From contig OZ242374.1 in assembly GCA_965209055.1 (NCBI GenBank), positions 2,496,001-2,560,000 on the forward strand: 64,000 nucleotides of DNA, in the 5' to 3' direction. The stretch's first letter is position 1. Each line of letters starts with the position of its first letter. Below are positions 1 to 10,231 of this stretch, in pieces. Below the pieces are notes generated by a model. The model had not been told where the DNA came from, did not search any database, and saw nothing but the letters and a program-made list of their open reading frames with translations. The stretch comes from Acidobacteriota bacterium (GTDB lineage: Bacteria > Acidobacteriota > UBA6911 > RPQK01 > JAJDTT01). Both the position numbers and the translations under genes were made by a program.

Positions 1-1179
1 GTCCAGGACCCTCTCCAGAAACCGCAGCGCATTACCGCCCAATATCTTCCGAATCTCCTCGTCGCTGAAGCCGCGGGCCACAAGGCCGACGGTCCAGTAG
101 GGCCAGTTGCTCCACTCCATGGGCCGGGCCGAATAGTTGGGAATATAGGTCAGGTCGGTGCCGATGCCGACATGGTCGATGCCGGCCACCTTGACGGCGT
201 GTTCCAGGTGGCGGGCGAACTGTTCGAACGTCGCTGGACGGGGCGGATCGCTGTTCCAATTGGAACGGTTCGACGGGTCCCCCTGCTCCCAGAGGCGGTG
301 GTCGATGATGTAGATCCCGATGAGGCCGCCTTTTCCCGCCACCACCCGGAGGTAGTCGTCGTCCACGTTGCGCTGGTCGATGTCCCGGTAGACGGCGGAA
401 CAGCCGGTGTGACTGTTGATCACCGGCTCTTGGGAGATCTCGGCCGCATCCAGAGCGGTCCGGCGGGCGGCGTGGGAGAGATCGACGGCGACGCCGAGTT
501 CATTCATCCGGCGCACGACTTGGCGGCCCTCCCGCGAGAGGCCACGGTCGCGGTGCCAGAGCTGGTAGGCGTCCCAGCCCACGGCGTTGGAATGGGTATG
601 GGTGAGTTGAGCCATGCGCACGCCCAGTCCGTAGAACAGGTCAAGGTGCTCCACCGACTTTCCGGGGACCCAGAGCGCGTGGACGCCCTGGAGCTGGGAG
701 AGAACGCCCAACTTCCCCTGGCTGCGGGCCCTGCTCAGGTCCTTGGCGCCGGCAATCCGCACCACGTCCGGCAAGCGGGCGTAGGCCAGATTGGAGGTGG
801 CCATCCAGCGCAGGCACTGATCGAAGGTGTAGTGTCCCGCGTTGTCCTCCACCGCGAGGTCCAACCCCGTGAGCTGGTAGAGAGCTCTCCAGTCCTCCTG
901 CCAGCCGTTTTCGAAGGCGGACTCCAAGGGTTTGTGGTTCCACCAGGTCTGGCGCACCTGGCGGGAGGCCTCCCTGGGTTCCAGGCCTTCGGCTTCCAGC
1001 TCCCGCCGGTCCCAAGCGAGCTTGTGCTGGAGCCTCGGTCCCGGCTGTCCGATGGCAGCGGCCACGTAGACCGCGCCCATAAGATCGGCGACGTAGGCGT
1101 CATGGTGGAGTTGCAGGCCGTGTTCCAACTGTTTCGGAGTCGGCTTCAACTCGTCCAGGATGGTCGCTCTTCCAGCCAT
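1..1179 (-). CDS. Membrane dipeptidase (peptidase M19), runs off the left edge
   Basis: Manual translation of the minus strand (not in the ORF track): MAGRATILDELK...GVRMAQLTH...RMNELGVAVDLSH...SHTG...AGIDHVGIGTDL...EEIRKILGGNALRFL, the typical M19 motifs. Confidence 0.85.
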   Translation of the reverse strand, partial: MAGRATILDELKPTPKQLEHGLQLHHDAYVADLMGAVYVAAAIGQPGPRLQHKLAWDRRELEAEGLEPREASRQVRQTWWNHKPLESAFENGWQEDWRALYQLTGLDLAVEDNAGHYTFDQCLRWMATSNLAYARLPDVVRIAGAKDLSRARSQGKLGVLSQLQGVHALWVPGKSVEHLDLFYGLGVRMAQLTHTHSNAVGWDAYQLWHRDRGLSREGRQVVRRMNELGVAVDLSHAARRTALDAAEISQEPVINSHTGCSAVYRDIDQRNVDDDYLRVVAGKGGLIGIYIIDHRLWEQGDPSNRSNWNSDPPRPATFEQFARHLEHAVKVAGIDHVGIGTDLTYIPNYSARPMEWSNWPYWTVGLVARGFSDEEIRKILGGNALRFLERVLD

Positions 1180-1372
1180 CACGCGTGACCGGATCGGTTC
1201 CCTCAGCGATTTTCCGGTCAGAGCCTCGGGTGTGGGGACGGCTCCGCGCGAGTAGACATATGGCGCCGCGCCGAGGCCGCCGGCGAGAGTTCCCCGCAGG
1301 AGCGAACGCCTGGAGAACGGAAATTGCTTCATGGCCCGTTTCCTCGGTGGGACGTTACCTCTCGGTGGGACG

Positions 1373-3268
1373 TCATCTCTCAAATCGGCGAAGCCATCCC
1401 GATTCGGGATTGGATTCCATCGACCCCCAGCTGGACCGCCACCAGATGTCCGTCCGCGCCCCGGTGGGAGTGTCCACGTCGCGAACCATCAGGTTCGTCC
1501 GCAAAGTCCGCCAGGTGCCCCCGGCGATCCCGTCCAAAGAGGCGTGGGGGATAGCCACCTCCAGCGTATATCCGGCCGGGTTGGGAGCGCTCCAGGCCCG
1601 CAGGCCGTCGATGGGGTCCCGTCCCCGAAAGACGATGGCAGCTCCCGGCTGGGAATCCGGGGCGAGACGAACCGTTCGGTCGGTCCCCTTCGTCCCGGCC
1701 TCATCGGACTGGTCCGTGCCTCCACCCGCTTCGGCTGGCCGGGGATCCAGGTACAGGACCACGCTGTCTCGGAGTGAGGATCGCCTGCCGGCCAGATGAA
1801 TCCGCCGGTCATCCCGCACCTCCACCCCCAGGTACAGGTAGGCCGAGTCTTGAACCAGGCCGAACCGGACTCCGAGGTCGTCAGGACCGGTCCAGTTGGC
1901 GGGGGTTCCGGTCAACTGCCGGGGGCGGGCCATGGACACGGCCAGGGACGGCCAATCGTCGAGTCGTCCGTCCAGCGTCGGCGGACCGTCGTCCAAGTTC
2001 GCGATTAACGGCCGGTGGTCCGGCGCGGCGTAGATGGTTCGCGTCCAGGAGACGGGCCGGGGGAGCTGTTCCGGCCGGTACGTGGTCCGGACTTCTGCCG
2101 CCAAGGCGTCCTCGGCAGTGGGTTGCCAGGAGTCGGCCCAGTTCAATGCGACCTCCAACCTCTCGGTGGAGTCGGGCGCCAGCGTCTTGACGACAGCATA
2201 GGGAGACGGCGTTAGACGCGGATGGGCTTCCCAACGAACGCGGACTTCGAGCGGTATGCCGGCGCGGTTTTCCATCGTAAGCGAGGTTCGTCCCCGCCCC
2301 GGGGAATCGGTTGTGATGGGTGCGAGTTGAACCGCATGTTCGCCTTGGAGCCGATTCGTGAGGCGCTCCATAGCCTCGGTCCGCACGTCCTCTCCCAGAA
2401 TCCCATCCAGCTTCAGGTTGGCCATCACCGGGCCGGCGTCGGTCATGGTGACCCAACTGACGTGGTCGAACCGGCCGTGAGCTAGTCCGGAAAGCGGACT
2501 CCCTCCGCCGGTGGTGGCCAGTTGGTAGTACTTGTACTGGGCGCGCTCGTAGCGGACATAGCGGTGCCGATGGCCGGCGAAGACCGTGTGGGGCCGGCCG
2601 GCCAGGGCCTTTTCCACCGCTTCCCACCCCGAATCCACCTGGTAGTCCCAAAGGGGCTTGTGGAGGAAGACCAGGGTCCAGCGGACCTGGGTATTGGCTT
2701 CCAAAGTCTGCCGCACGAACGCGATCTGTTCGGGGCCGATCCGGCTGGGAGCCCCGTCTTCGGTATTCAGGCAGAGGAAGAGGACCCCCTTGTAGAGGAA
2801 GTGGTAGTAGGTGGGTCCGAACCGCTTCGTCCACTCCCGCCAGGCCGTGTCGTCCCAGATGTCGTGGTTGCCGGGCACGTAGAAGAACCGCATCCGGAGG
2901 ATGTCGACGGCGTCCCGGAAATCGGACCACTCCCGCTCGACCTGATCCAGGTCGTCCGTCGCCCCCTCGATGAGGTCTCCCACGCTGACGACGAACTCCG
3001 GCCGCAGATGGTTGATCTTGCCCATCGCGCTGCGAAAGATGCCCTCGCGGTGTCCGCCGGTGCGGTCGGAGACGATGATGAATTGGAAGTCCTCGGGCCT
3101 GTTCAGCAAACCCTTGGCGGTCCACGGCGTGGGTCCCTCGATCTCGGGGAAACGGGTCGGGTGCTTCCCCGAGTCCCGGCTCGGCGGGGTCCATGCGGCA
3201 ACCAGTCCCAGTCCCGAGAGCACGCCCAGGATGAACAAACGGCGGATGGTGGTGTTTCCTGTCTTCAT
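1373..3268 (-). CDS. Secreted calcineurin-like metallophosphoesterase with C-terminal CBM9-like domain
   Basis: Signal peptide; motifs SDRT, GDLIEG, GNHD, AGHRH; C-terminal PTLDGRLDDW...YLYLGVEVRDD...GYTLEVAIP. Confidence 0.8.
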   Translation of the reverse strand: MKTGNTTIRRLFILGVLSGLGLVAAWTPPSRDSGKHPTRFPEIEGPTPWTAKGLLNRPEDFQFIIVSDRTGGHREGIFRSAMGKINHLRPEFVVSVGDLIEGATDDLDQVEREWSDFRDAVDILRMRFFYVPGNHDIWDDTAWREWTKRFGPTYYHFLYKGVLFLCLNTEDGAPSRIGPEQIAFVRQTLEANTQVRWTLVFLHKPLWDYQVDSGWEAVEKALAGRPHTVFAGHRHRYVRYERAQYKYYQLATTGGGSPLSGLAHGRFDHVSWVTMTDAGPVMANLKLDGILGEDVRTEAMERLTNRLQGEHAVQLAPITTDSPGRGRTSLTMENRAGIPLEVRVRWEAHPRLTPSPYAVVKTLAPDSTERLEVALNWADSWQPTAEDALAAEVRTTYRPEQLPRPVSWTRTIYAAPDHRPLIANLDDGPPTLDGRLDDWPSLAVSMARPRQLTGTPANWTGPDDLGVRFGLVQDSAYLYLGVEVRDDRRIHLAGRRSSLRDSVVLYLDPRPAEAGGGTDQSDEAGTKGTDRTVRLAPDSQPGAAIVFRGRDPIDGLRAWSAPNPAGYTLEVAIPHASLDGIAGGTWRTLRTNLMVRDVDTPTGARTDIWWRSSWGSMESNPESGWLRRFER

Positions 3269-3336
3269 GGGCTCAATTCTATGCGCCTTCCTGGGACTTC
3301 GTCACGAACGAAATGTGAGAAATAGACGAATTTCGG

Positions 3337-3365
3337 GAATTCGGCGATTGGAATGCCGCCGCTCC
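3337..3365 (-). repeat. REP-like palindromic repeat, copy 1
   Basis: Reverse complement GGAGCGGCGGCATTCCAATCGCCGAATTC resembles the copies at 54767 and 56420-56470. Confidence 0.5.
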
Positions 3366-3403
3366 GGGTTCTTTCGATGGCAACACGGCGCCGGAAAGGA
3401 AAA

Positions 3404-3417
3404 TGGTGGGCCTAAGT
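3404..3417 (-). repeat. att core, duplicate of the tRNA-Ile 3' end
   Basis: TGGTGGGCCTAAGT is identical to 30393-30406. Confidence 0.9.
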
Positions 3418-3435
3418 ACTACCGAAAAACAATCT

Positions 3436-3448
3436 TAAGTAATTGATT
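3436..3448 (-). promoter_or_regulatory. IHF binding site in the att arm
   Basis: Reverse complement AATCAATTACTTA matches the WATCAANNNNTTR consensus exactly. Confidence 0.65.
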
Positions 3449-3480
3449 TCAAAGAAAAAATGGAATCTATCTTTGTTACG

Positions 3481-3501
3481 TTGCCCCCATCGTTGCCCCC
3501 A
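3481..3501 (+). repeat. Integrase arm-type sites (TTGCCCCCA x2)
   Basis: The same tandem motif occurs at 30261-30280, and inverted at 30230-30238. Confidence 0.7.
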
Positions 3502-3845
3502 TACGATCAATTGTCACTGCCGATCGCGACCTGTTAGGTCGCCCGTTGGGCCAAATCATCTCCGCCTGCGCCAGCACGGTCCGCGTCACTTTTCCTGTCT
3601 ATCCGGTGGTTAGCCATGTTACCGCACAATGTGCGTAATGGGCACGCACAAATGCGCTGGCGAGTTTTCTCGCAGCATCCGGTCGATGGTGACGGTGTTG
3701 CGATTGGAAATCCGTTACTCTGTCCAGATGAGCTACTGGCGTGATCCTTTAGTTTCAACAGGTTATCCTGATACACGCCTCTAATCATCGCCCCTTGTTT
3801 CCTACCTGTTGCCTGCCTGTAGCCTGTTGCGTATGTGAGTCTTCG

Positions 3846-4620
3846 TTAGCCTGTGCCTCCCGAATGCTGGCAAGCGCGTGCGAACTGACGTACCCCGCAT
3901 AGCGCATCGTCGTGCTGATCGTCGATTGGCCCATCAGCTTCTGCACCCTCCTCACGTCCACCCTCTGTATCAGCCAATGGCTGCACCGGAATCACCTCAG
4001 ATCGTGAAATCCGACCTTCAATCCCACCCGGTCGGCGGCTCGCCGTAGCGGCTTGTCGGGATTCACTAATCTCATGCGTGTCCGGGTGTTGACGAAGACG
4101 GATGGGGTGTTCAGGTGCCGGGGGAGCCCCGACAGGCATCCGGTAGCGTACTGCGAGAGCGGAATCTCTCTCGGCTCGCCGTCCTCGGTGAATTCCACCC
4201 AGAGTAATTTGCGAACCAAATCCGCCCGTGCCAGGTGAGCGACAACGCTTCGCCGTTTGGAATCCCAGTCTCGACAATCACTGCTACCATGGCTTGCAGG
4301 TAGCGATTGTCGACCGCGTCGACCAAGTCGCGGAACTGTTGAACCGTTAAAGGCCGGAAGATCTTTTTGGCCTCCTTCAGTTTGGGGAACCAAACCAGCG
4401 GGTGCGTGTCCACTGCCCCGCACTCCAGCGCGTGGAAAAACAGCTTGCTGATGGCGGTGGTGCCGCGGTTCACCGTGGCCGGTTGGGCTTGTTTATTCCT
4501 CAGTGCGACGTGGTGGTGCAAAACTTTGCGTAGGAACTCCTTCAGGGGAGTGTTCCCCAGCATGGTGTAGAGGCTCTTGAACGATAGCGCATAGCCCCGT
4601 CAGGAGCGCATGCGAGGTTT
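3846..4620 (-). pseudogene. Degenerate tyrosine recombinase
   Basis: Fragments in different frames: QPATVNR..., ETGIPNGEALSLTW, VGFHDLR* followed by VQKLMGQSTISTTMRY; frameshifts and an in-frame stop. Confidence 0.8.
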
Positions 4621-4767
4621 GCAGTGTTCCCTTAACCTCTCCGGCGAACCATGCTTTGCGGTCCAGACGGACTTAGTGGGTTCACGAAATCGCGGTTTGC
4701 GGATCATATAAGACAAAGGGGCTGGCAAGCGCAGTTCGGATCTACGTAATGCCAGCGGTCAAACGAC

Positions 4768-5274
4768 ATGATTCCATTCGCAAAGAGACCGGCCGATATC
4801 AGCGCCAAAGCCATCGACGATTACGGGTGCTTGGTCCTCAAGGTCGCCTATAGTTATGTCCCGAACCCGAACCCGGACCAGGCCCAAGAGATCCTCCAGG
4901 AGACCTTCCTCCGCTTCCACACCGCTTGCACTCGCGGAAAGGTAATCGCCTATTCCACGGCATGGCTCTGTCGAGTGGCGACCAACGTCGCCTTCAAGGC
5001 GCGTCGCCGGCAGCGAGCGATGCTTGCCATAGAAGAGGACACTGCGGTGGAAGCCAACGCCAGCAGAGACGTGGAGCGTCACTTGCTCATGGACCGGGTG
5101 CGCGACTTGGCAGCCGATTTGCCCGAGCGCCAGCGAACCGTCTTTGCCCTGCGCAACTTTGAGGGATGGACCTTCGCCGAAATTGCTGCGCAACTGGAGG
5201 GCAGCGAGAGTGCGGCAAGGTCCAGCGAGTACAAAGCACGGAGGAAGATCCGAGCTTGGATGAGAACCGTCTGA
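4768..5274 (+). CDS. ECF sigma factor
   Basis: AQEILQETFL, AWLCRVATN, LPERQRTVFALRNFEGWTFAEIA (regions 2 and 4). Confidence 0.85.
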   Translation: MIPFAKRPADISAKAIDDYGCLVLKVAYSYVPNPNPDQAQEILQETFLRFHTACTRGKVIAYSTAWLCRVATNVAFKARRRQRAMLAIEEDTAVEANASRDVERHLLMDRVRDLAADLPERQRTVFALRNFEGWTFAEIAAQLEGSESAARSSEYKARRKIRAWMRTV

Positions 5275-5287
5275 GAGGACCAGAACA

Positions 5288-5700
5288 ATGGACAGAATTG
5301 GTTTTGAGAGGAGATTGGGCGATTACGTGCGGGGCGAGGTGCCGGATGCGGTCGCGCGGGAAATCGATGACTACCTGGCCGCTCACCCGGAGGCGGTTGA
5401 CGATGTCGAGGCTGTACGCACCATACTGGAACTGAGTATTGACATCGGCGCCACGGAGCCACCCGCCCAGCTCCTGGCAGCCGCACGCGCCAGCACGCTA
5501 AAGGCGATTCGCTCGGAGAGCGAGCCACAGTAGCGGCCGAGATCTTGCCCTATGGCTGCCACGGGCAGCCTGGAATAAGGCGATTGCAATCGTTCTGGCT
5601 CCCGTATTCCTAGATGTCTTCTGGCGCGGAGCCTCCACTCCAGCTTGGGCACGCGTAGTCGAAGAAGTGCGCAAGCTCTCTCCGGTGCACACGGTGGACT
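5288..5700 (+). pseudogene. Truncated anti-sigma factor
   Basis: 81-aa anti-sigma-like N-terminus ends at TAG (5531-5533); a TM-like segment and AWARVVEEVRKL continue in another frame. Confidence 0.6.
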
Positions 5701-5958
5701 GCTTCCGTGGGAAAAAGTGAGAGTGGGTGCCGGTGAAGCACTAGATTAAGGCTCGGCATTTTTGCCGCGCCGGAATCTCTTCAATACGCCATCTGCGGAG
5801 AAGGTGTCGGCAATGCCGTTGATGTCGGCCGTTCAGGCATTCACCCCGGCCTGATTCGAGCAGCGTCAGGATTGGCTGGCTCACTACCCGCTAGGCGGGA
5901 CCTGTTTCTCATCTACCGGCATCGGATCCTGGGCTTGTTCAGAGCTAGAAGATTGAAT

Positions 5959-6510
5959 CTAGCAAGAGGTTGACGCGGGCCATGTAGCCTTACGAGGGGA
6001 GGGACGGCCGTCGAGAAAGCGGACCGGGCTCGGGAGGCCCTCAGGGGCGCCGTAGGCAGCAGCCCCACAGTCGGATCTGCTCCGCCTCCTGAGGACGAGA
6101 AGTAGGCGTCCCGTCACGAGGAGGAACCTGTGTACCTGAGCCCGGCGGCCCTCGAATATTCCTTGAGATGCAACCACCAATAGCGCCGTGACGACCGGCA
6201 GCAGAAGAATCCACTTCACGGAATAGGGTTTCCTCAGCCTTCAGTTGTGAGAGGCAGAGTCCCGTTGAGGGTTCAGTGTCCCCTCACCATGGCTTGGCCG
6301 GTGGTCGCGGTCTCGGTATTGCTGTTTCAACAGTCCCAGATTCAGCCGTCCGGTCTCGCGGTCCAGATTGGACACCGGTTCGTCCGTGAGGATCAGACTC
6401 GGTTCCATGATGAACGCCCGGGCAATGGAAATCCGTTACCGTTGACCGCCCGAGAGCTGCGTGGCCCTCCGGTAGAGATGCTCTTCCGCCAGTTCAACCT
6501 GATCCTGAAT
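5959..6510 (-). pseudogene. Remnants of an ABC transporter ATPase (PhnC-like) and a downstream membrane protein
   Basis: Minus strand reads [34 protein letters not shown], with a stop just after the signature motif. Confidence 0.7.
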
Positions 6511-6672
6511 CATGCCGGCCCGGCGGCGGTGGTGGGTCGGGAACCCGCCCAGCAGGCCGCGCTAGCGCAAGTTGGAAAACTGGGACAGGGTTCCGCAAAG
6601 AACGTTCCCCAAGACAGTTTCCCGTCAGACGCTGACACTGAACCAGATTCCCGTTGTTTCTACTCCCCTAGG

Positions 6673-6710
6673 GTGTCCGATATCGGACACTGAATCCCAA
6701 AACCGGACAT
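6673..6710. promoter_or_regulatory. Tandem enhancer (UAS) palindromes for a sigma54 activator
   Basis: Perfect palindrome GTGTCCGATATCGGACAC plus a degenerate copy 20 bp downstream; the same motif precedes two other sigma54 promoters. Confidence 0.75.
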
Positions 6711-6795
6711 CCGAAGTGTCCATCGCCGCAACTAAGATTCTCTTGGGATTCTCTAAGGTATTGCAATATAAAGAGATATACGAATGTCTCAGGAT

Positions 6796-6811
6796 TGGCA
6801 CACTGATTGCT
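6796..6811 (+). promoter_or_regulatory. sigma54 -24/-12 promoter
   Basis: TGGCACACTGATTGCT. Confidence 0.85.
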
Positions 6812-6850
6812 TGGATGTTTCACATGAGGAACAACCAAGAAGGGGGTGTG

Positions 6851-8188
6851 ATGATGTCCAAGATCCTGATGGCCGCATTTTCCGTCCTCATCGTTAGTAG
6901 CGCTTGCTACGACAAACAGCAGATTTCGTGGAGCCGGAGTGGCGAGTTCGAGTGGCGGCATGGACCGCGTACCGTCTTTGTGAAGCATCTTGGTGAAATC
7001 GGGTTCGCAGACAATGACGAAGACGTGCTGCGAGTTTCCACTGGGGGGTACCTGTTCATCCAGGAATCGGCACTTTTGGACTCAAGGAGTATGGAATTCA
7101 CTCGCCAGCCGGACGGCTCGGTCGGTCGTCGGTTCGTCGTCAATGGCGAGGAGACAGCCGTGGACCGGGATGCAAGGGAGTGGCTGGCGCGAATGCTTCC
7201 GGAGATTTTGAGGCGGACCGGCATCAACGCCAGCGAAAGAGCGACGCGAATTCTTGATCGCCAAGGATTTGAGGCCCTATTTGCAGAAGTGCGCCTGATG
7301 CCCAGAGATACCGACCGGGTCCGTTATCTTCAGGAAGCGATCGAGTCAGGGGGCCTAACCGAGGACCAAAAGCTACGGATTGTCCACGATGTGGCGACTA
7401 CGTTTTTTATGCCCGACTCCAAGAAGTCGGCAGTGCTTTCAGACTGGGCTCACAAATACAGCGAAGTCGAGCTTCTGGCCGGTCTCTTGAAAGCAGGAGA
7501 AACCATTGGTGCCGACAGCATCAAAGCACGCTTTGTACTCAGTCTCATCGAGCTGCATTGCGGTTCGGCAGAAAAGATGGGAATGATCCTCAATTCGGTG
7601 AAGGGAATTGGATCGGACTCACACAAGGAGAAGGTGCTTGGTGTGGCCACGGACTGTCTATCCCAAGACGATCACTTTCGAGAAGCATTCTTCGATTCTC
7701 TGAACAGTATCCTTTCGGACAGTCATAAGTCGAGTGTGCTGCGCAGGGTCGTCGAAAAATCTGCCGTTACTCCGGTCTCATCGAGTGTTGCCCGGAGCGC
7801 CGAGTTGGGCAAACAACTCGGCGCTAATGAGACTGTGGCGTCGGCACGAGTCAATGGAACCCATGACGTTTACATCGAAGATCCGGGGGTCAGTAAAGAA
7901 TTCTATGGGGCAGTGGACCGAATTGGCTCGAACAGTATTCGGGCGAGTGTTCTCTTGGCAGTTGTACGCCAGTCCGCTTTAGGAAAGACGACCCTCTTGC
8001 GAGTCATCGAATCTGCCGAGTGCCTTCTGAACGATTCCATCAAGGCGGATGTGCTGACGCAGATCGCTCACGTCGCCAGCGACGACGCTGAGGTTTCGAT
8101 GCGAATTCGACAGGCCGCCGAAACGATTGGGTCCAGTCATCTCTTCCGCACGGTTTTGTCGCAACTCGAAGCGAACTCGTCGAGGTAA
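6851..8188 (+). CDS. Exported helical-repeat protein, possibly a lipoprotein; resembles the C-terminal region of M56/BlaR1-like proteins
   Basis: Start reassigned downstream of the sigma54 promoter; signal peptide ending VSSAC; repeated I-x-SD-S-x-K-x-x-VL units. Confidence 0.65.
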   Translation: MMSKILMAAFSVLIVSSACYDKQQISWSRSGEFEWRHGPRTVFVKHLGEIGFADNDEDVLRVSTGGYLFIQESALLDSRSMEFTRQPDGSVGRRFVVNGEETAVDRDAREWLARMLPEILRRTGINASERATRILDRQGFEALFAEVRLMPRDTDRVRYLQEAIESGGLTEDQKLRIVHDVATTFFMPDSKKSAVLSDWAHKYSEVELLAGLLKAGETIGADSIKARFVLSLIELHCGSAEKMGMILNSVKGIGSDSHKEKVLGVATDCLSQDDHFREAFFDSLNSILSDSHKSSVLRRVVEKSAVTPVSSSVARSAELGKQLGANETVASARVNGTHDVYIEDPGVSKEFYGAVDRIGSNSIRASVLLAVVRQSALGKTTLLRVIESAECLLNDSIKADVLTQIAHVASDDAEVSMRIRQAAETIGSSHLFRTVLSQLEANSSR

Positions 8189-9042
8189 AAAAATGGAATG
8201 GAAGGGATTCGACGTCATTAAGCTGAACTGTTGGAAATTCGGATCAGTAGTCGGTGGCACATCATGAGAAATTTTCTTGAGAGTTCTCCCTTGAGCATAG
8301 GCGCCTTGGCTTTTCTGATTGGTCTTCTTCTTTTCCAAAGAGCCGAAGAGTTTGATCAACATCATAGTCATCATTCCTCTAATTCTCCCCTGACGGACCT
8401 GTTAGAACTGGAGACCCCGTTCGCAGAGACTATGCTCAAAACTCAGGATGGAGCTGGGTTGGAGTTGTTAGATCGTTGGACGTTTCTAATATACTCAGGT
8501 GCTCTGGACGAGCGTGGTTTCGACTATCCTGCCGTTTTGCTGAACCGGTACCATAAACGTGGGCTTAATTTTGTGTACGTTATGCCCTCAGCTAGTAACC
8601 CTGCCTGGCTACGATCCGTTTCAAGTTCTCTTAATGGCAGAGCACAAGGCTTTTCTATCGCTTTAGACGAGAGGGGAACGTTTGCAGAGTTGTTAGGTGT
8701 TCCGCGCGGCAGTCATGAGACATATACGGTTTTCGTAGGACCCGACACCCGAGTCAGGTTTGCTGTCCGGAAGAGTCTCCCATCAGATGTCATGCGCCAA
8801 CTCGTAGAACGCAATATTTTGGGGACGATAGACTACAGTCCTCCTTCTCCTCCTCCGGGCTATGTTGTTGGTTCACCGGTCCCCGAAATCGCTGTGCGCA
8901 ATGCCAGGACAGGGAGATCCATTCCTTTATCTACGCTTCTACAAGGACAAGGAACAGTATTGTTCTACCGTGCCAATTGCACGTCGTGCGGGATCGAATC
9001 TGAGATTCACAGACTCGCTACACTGGAAAGAACGGGAATTAA

Positions 9043-10231
9043 GGAAGGTCTGAACAAGTCGATTCAAGGGACGTGAGAGCCGTTATTGTTTCGGCTTTGC
9101 GGTGTCCAAACCTTCATTATGAGGAGTACCACCCTGGCAAGGCTCTGGGTGCCCCCATTCTCAGACTGATTCCCCGAATCTCGACGCACCTCTCCCGCGC
9201 CCGGATCAGGCGTTCACGCCAGAGCGCTCGGCGATCATCAGATTGGCGAACCCCACCAGCAAATAGATCCGTTGGGTGTTTTTCGCCAGCCCCCGGTAGC
9301 GCACCTTCGCGTAGCCGAAATGCCGTTTCAGGTACCCGAATACATGTTCTGCCTTGGCCCGAACCGACGCTTTGCGCCGCTCGGCCAACGCCGCCTCACT
9401 CTCCGGTGGCAGCCGCCAACGCTTCCCCGGCTTCATCATCACCTGCCAATCCACCGGCCGATCTCGATTCTCCGACCGCTTTCCCACTCCCTGGTATCCC
9501 GAATCCCCCCAAACTTGAGACTCCGAGCCGTGCAGCAACTCACCGGCTCGCGTCACGTCATGCTCGTTAGCCGGCGCCGTCACCACCGTGTGCGCCACCC
9601 CCGTCTGGGCGTCCACCCCCAGGTGGGCCTTCATTCCGAAATACCACTGTTTTCCCTTCTTCGTCTGATGCATCTCCGGGTCCCGCGCCCCCTCCCTGTT
9701 CTTGGTCGAGGAAGGCGCCGCCAGGATACTCGCGTCCACGATCGTCCCCCGGCTCAGCCGCAGGCCTTGCCGCTGCAGGTGAGAACCGATCTCCTCGAAC
9801 AGCGCCTCCCCCAGACCATGCTCCTCCAGCCGATGACGGAATTTCAGAATCGTCGTCTCGTCCGGCAGCGGCCCCGTGAGCTTCAGGCCCACGAACCGCC
9901 GCACCGACTCCACCTCATAGAGCAGATCCTCCATCCCCGGATCGCTCAGGTTGTAAAACAGCTGCACGCAGTGGATCCGAAGCATCGTCGAGAGCGGGTA
10001 GGGACGCCGTCCCCGTCCCGCTTTCGGGTAAACGGGCCGAATCCGGGCTTCCAACTGCTCCCATGGAATCAACCGGTCCATCCGGGCCAGAAATCTCTCC
10101 CGACGGGTCACCCGCTTCTTGCCGTCGTATTCCAGATCTGCGAACGTTCGTTGCGACATCATCTATCCTCCATGCAGTGATGATGGAAGAATTATCGTGC
10201 AGAACGCTGACTCGACTTAATCAGACCTTCC
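9043..10231 (-). mobile_element. IS5-family insertion sequence (1189 bp) with TTAA target duplication
   Basis: Inverted repeats GGAAGGTCTGAACAAGTCGA / TCGACTTAATCAGACCTTCC; TTAA at 9039-9042 and 10232-10235. Confidence 0.95.
9206..10162 (-). CDS. IS5-family DDE transposase
   Basis: TRRERFLARMD, GTIVDAS, RDPEMHQTKKGKQWYFGMKAH, GDSGYQG, RAKAEHVF. Confidence 0.95.
   Translation of the reverse strand: MMSQRTFADLEYDGKKRVTRRERFLARMDRLIPWEQLEARIRPVYPKAGRGRRPYPLSTMLRIHCVQLFYNLSDPGMEDLLYEVESVRRFVGLKLTGPLPDETTILKFRHRLEEHGLGEALFEEIGSHLQRQGLRLSRGTIVDASILAAPSSTKNREGARDPEMHQTKKGKQWYFGMKAHLGVDAQTGVAHTVVTAPANEHDVTRAGELLHGSESQVWGDSGYQGVGKRSENRDRPVDWQVMMKPGKRWRLPPESEAALAERRKASVRAKAEHVFGYLKRHFGYAKVRYRGLAKNTQRIYLLVGFANLMIAERSGVNA

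Noticed and set aside
172-1188. 338-aa + strand ORF
   Set aside because: Antisense shadow of the M19 dipeptidase on the minus strand
1345-1375. Short direct repeat CTCGGTGGGACGT x2
   Set aside because: Only two copies with a few bases between them; no function can be supported and it is not an array
3992-3994. TGA after HDLR as possible selenocysteine or readthrough
   Set aside because: The gene has other frameshifts and has lost a catalytic His; this is ordinary decay
6247-6693. 148-aa + strand ORF
   Set aside because: Antisense shadow of an ABC ATPase remnant running into the promoter region
6572-6850. N-terminal extension of the 538-aa ORF
   Set aside because: Overlaps the UAS and sigma54 promoter; the signal peptide starts at 6851
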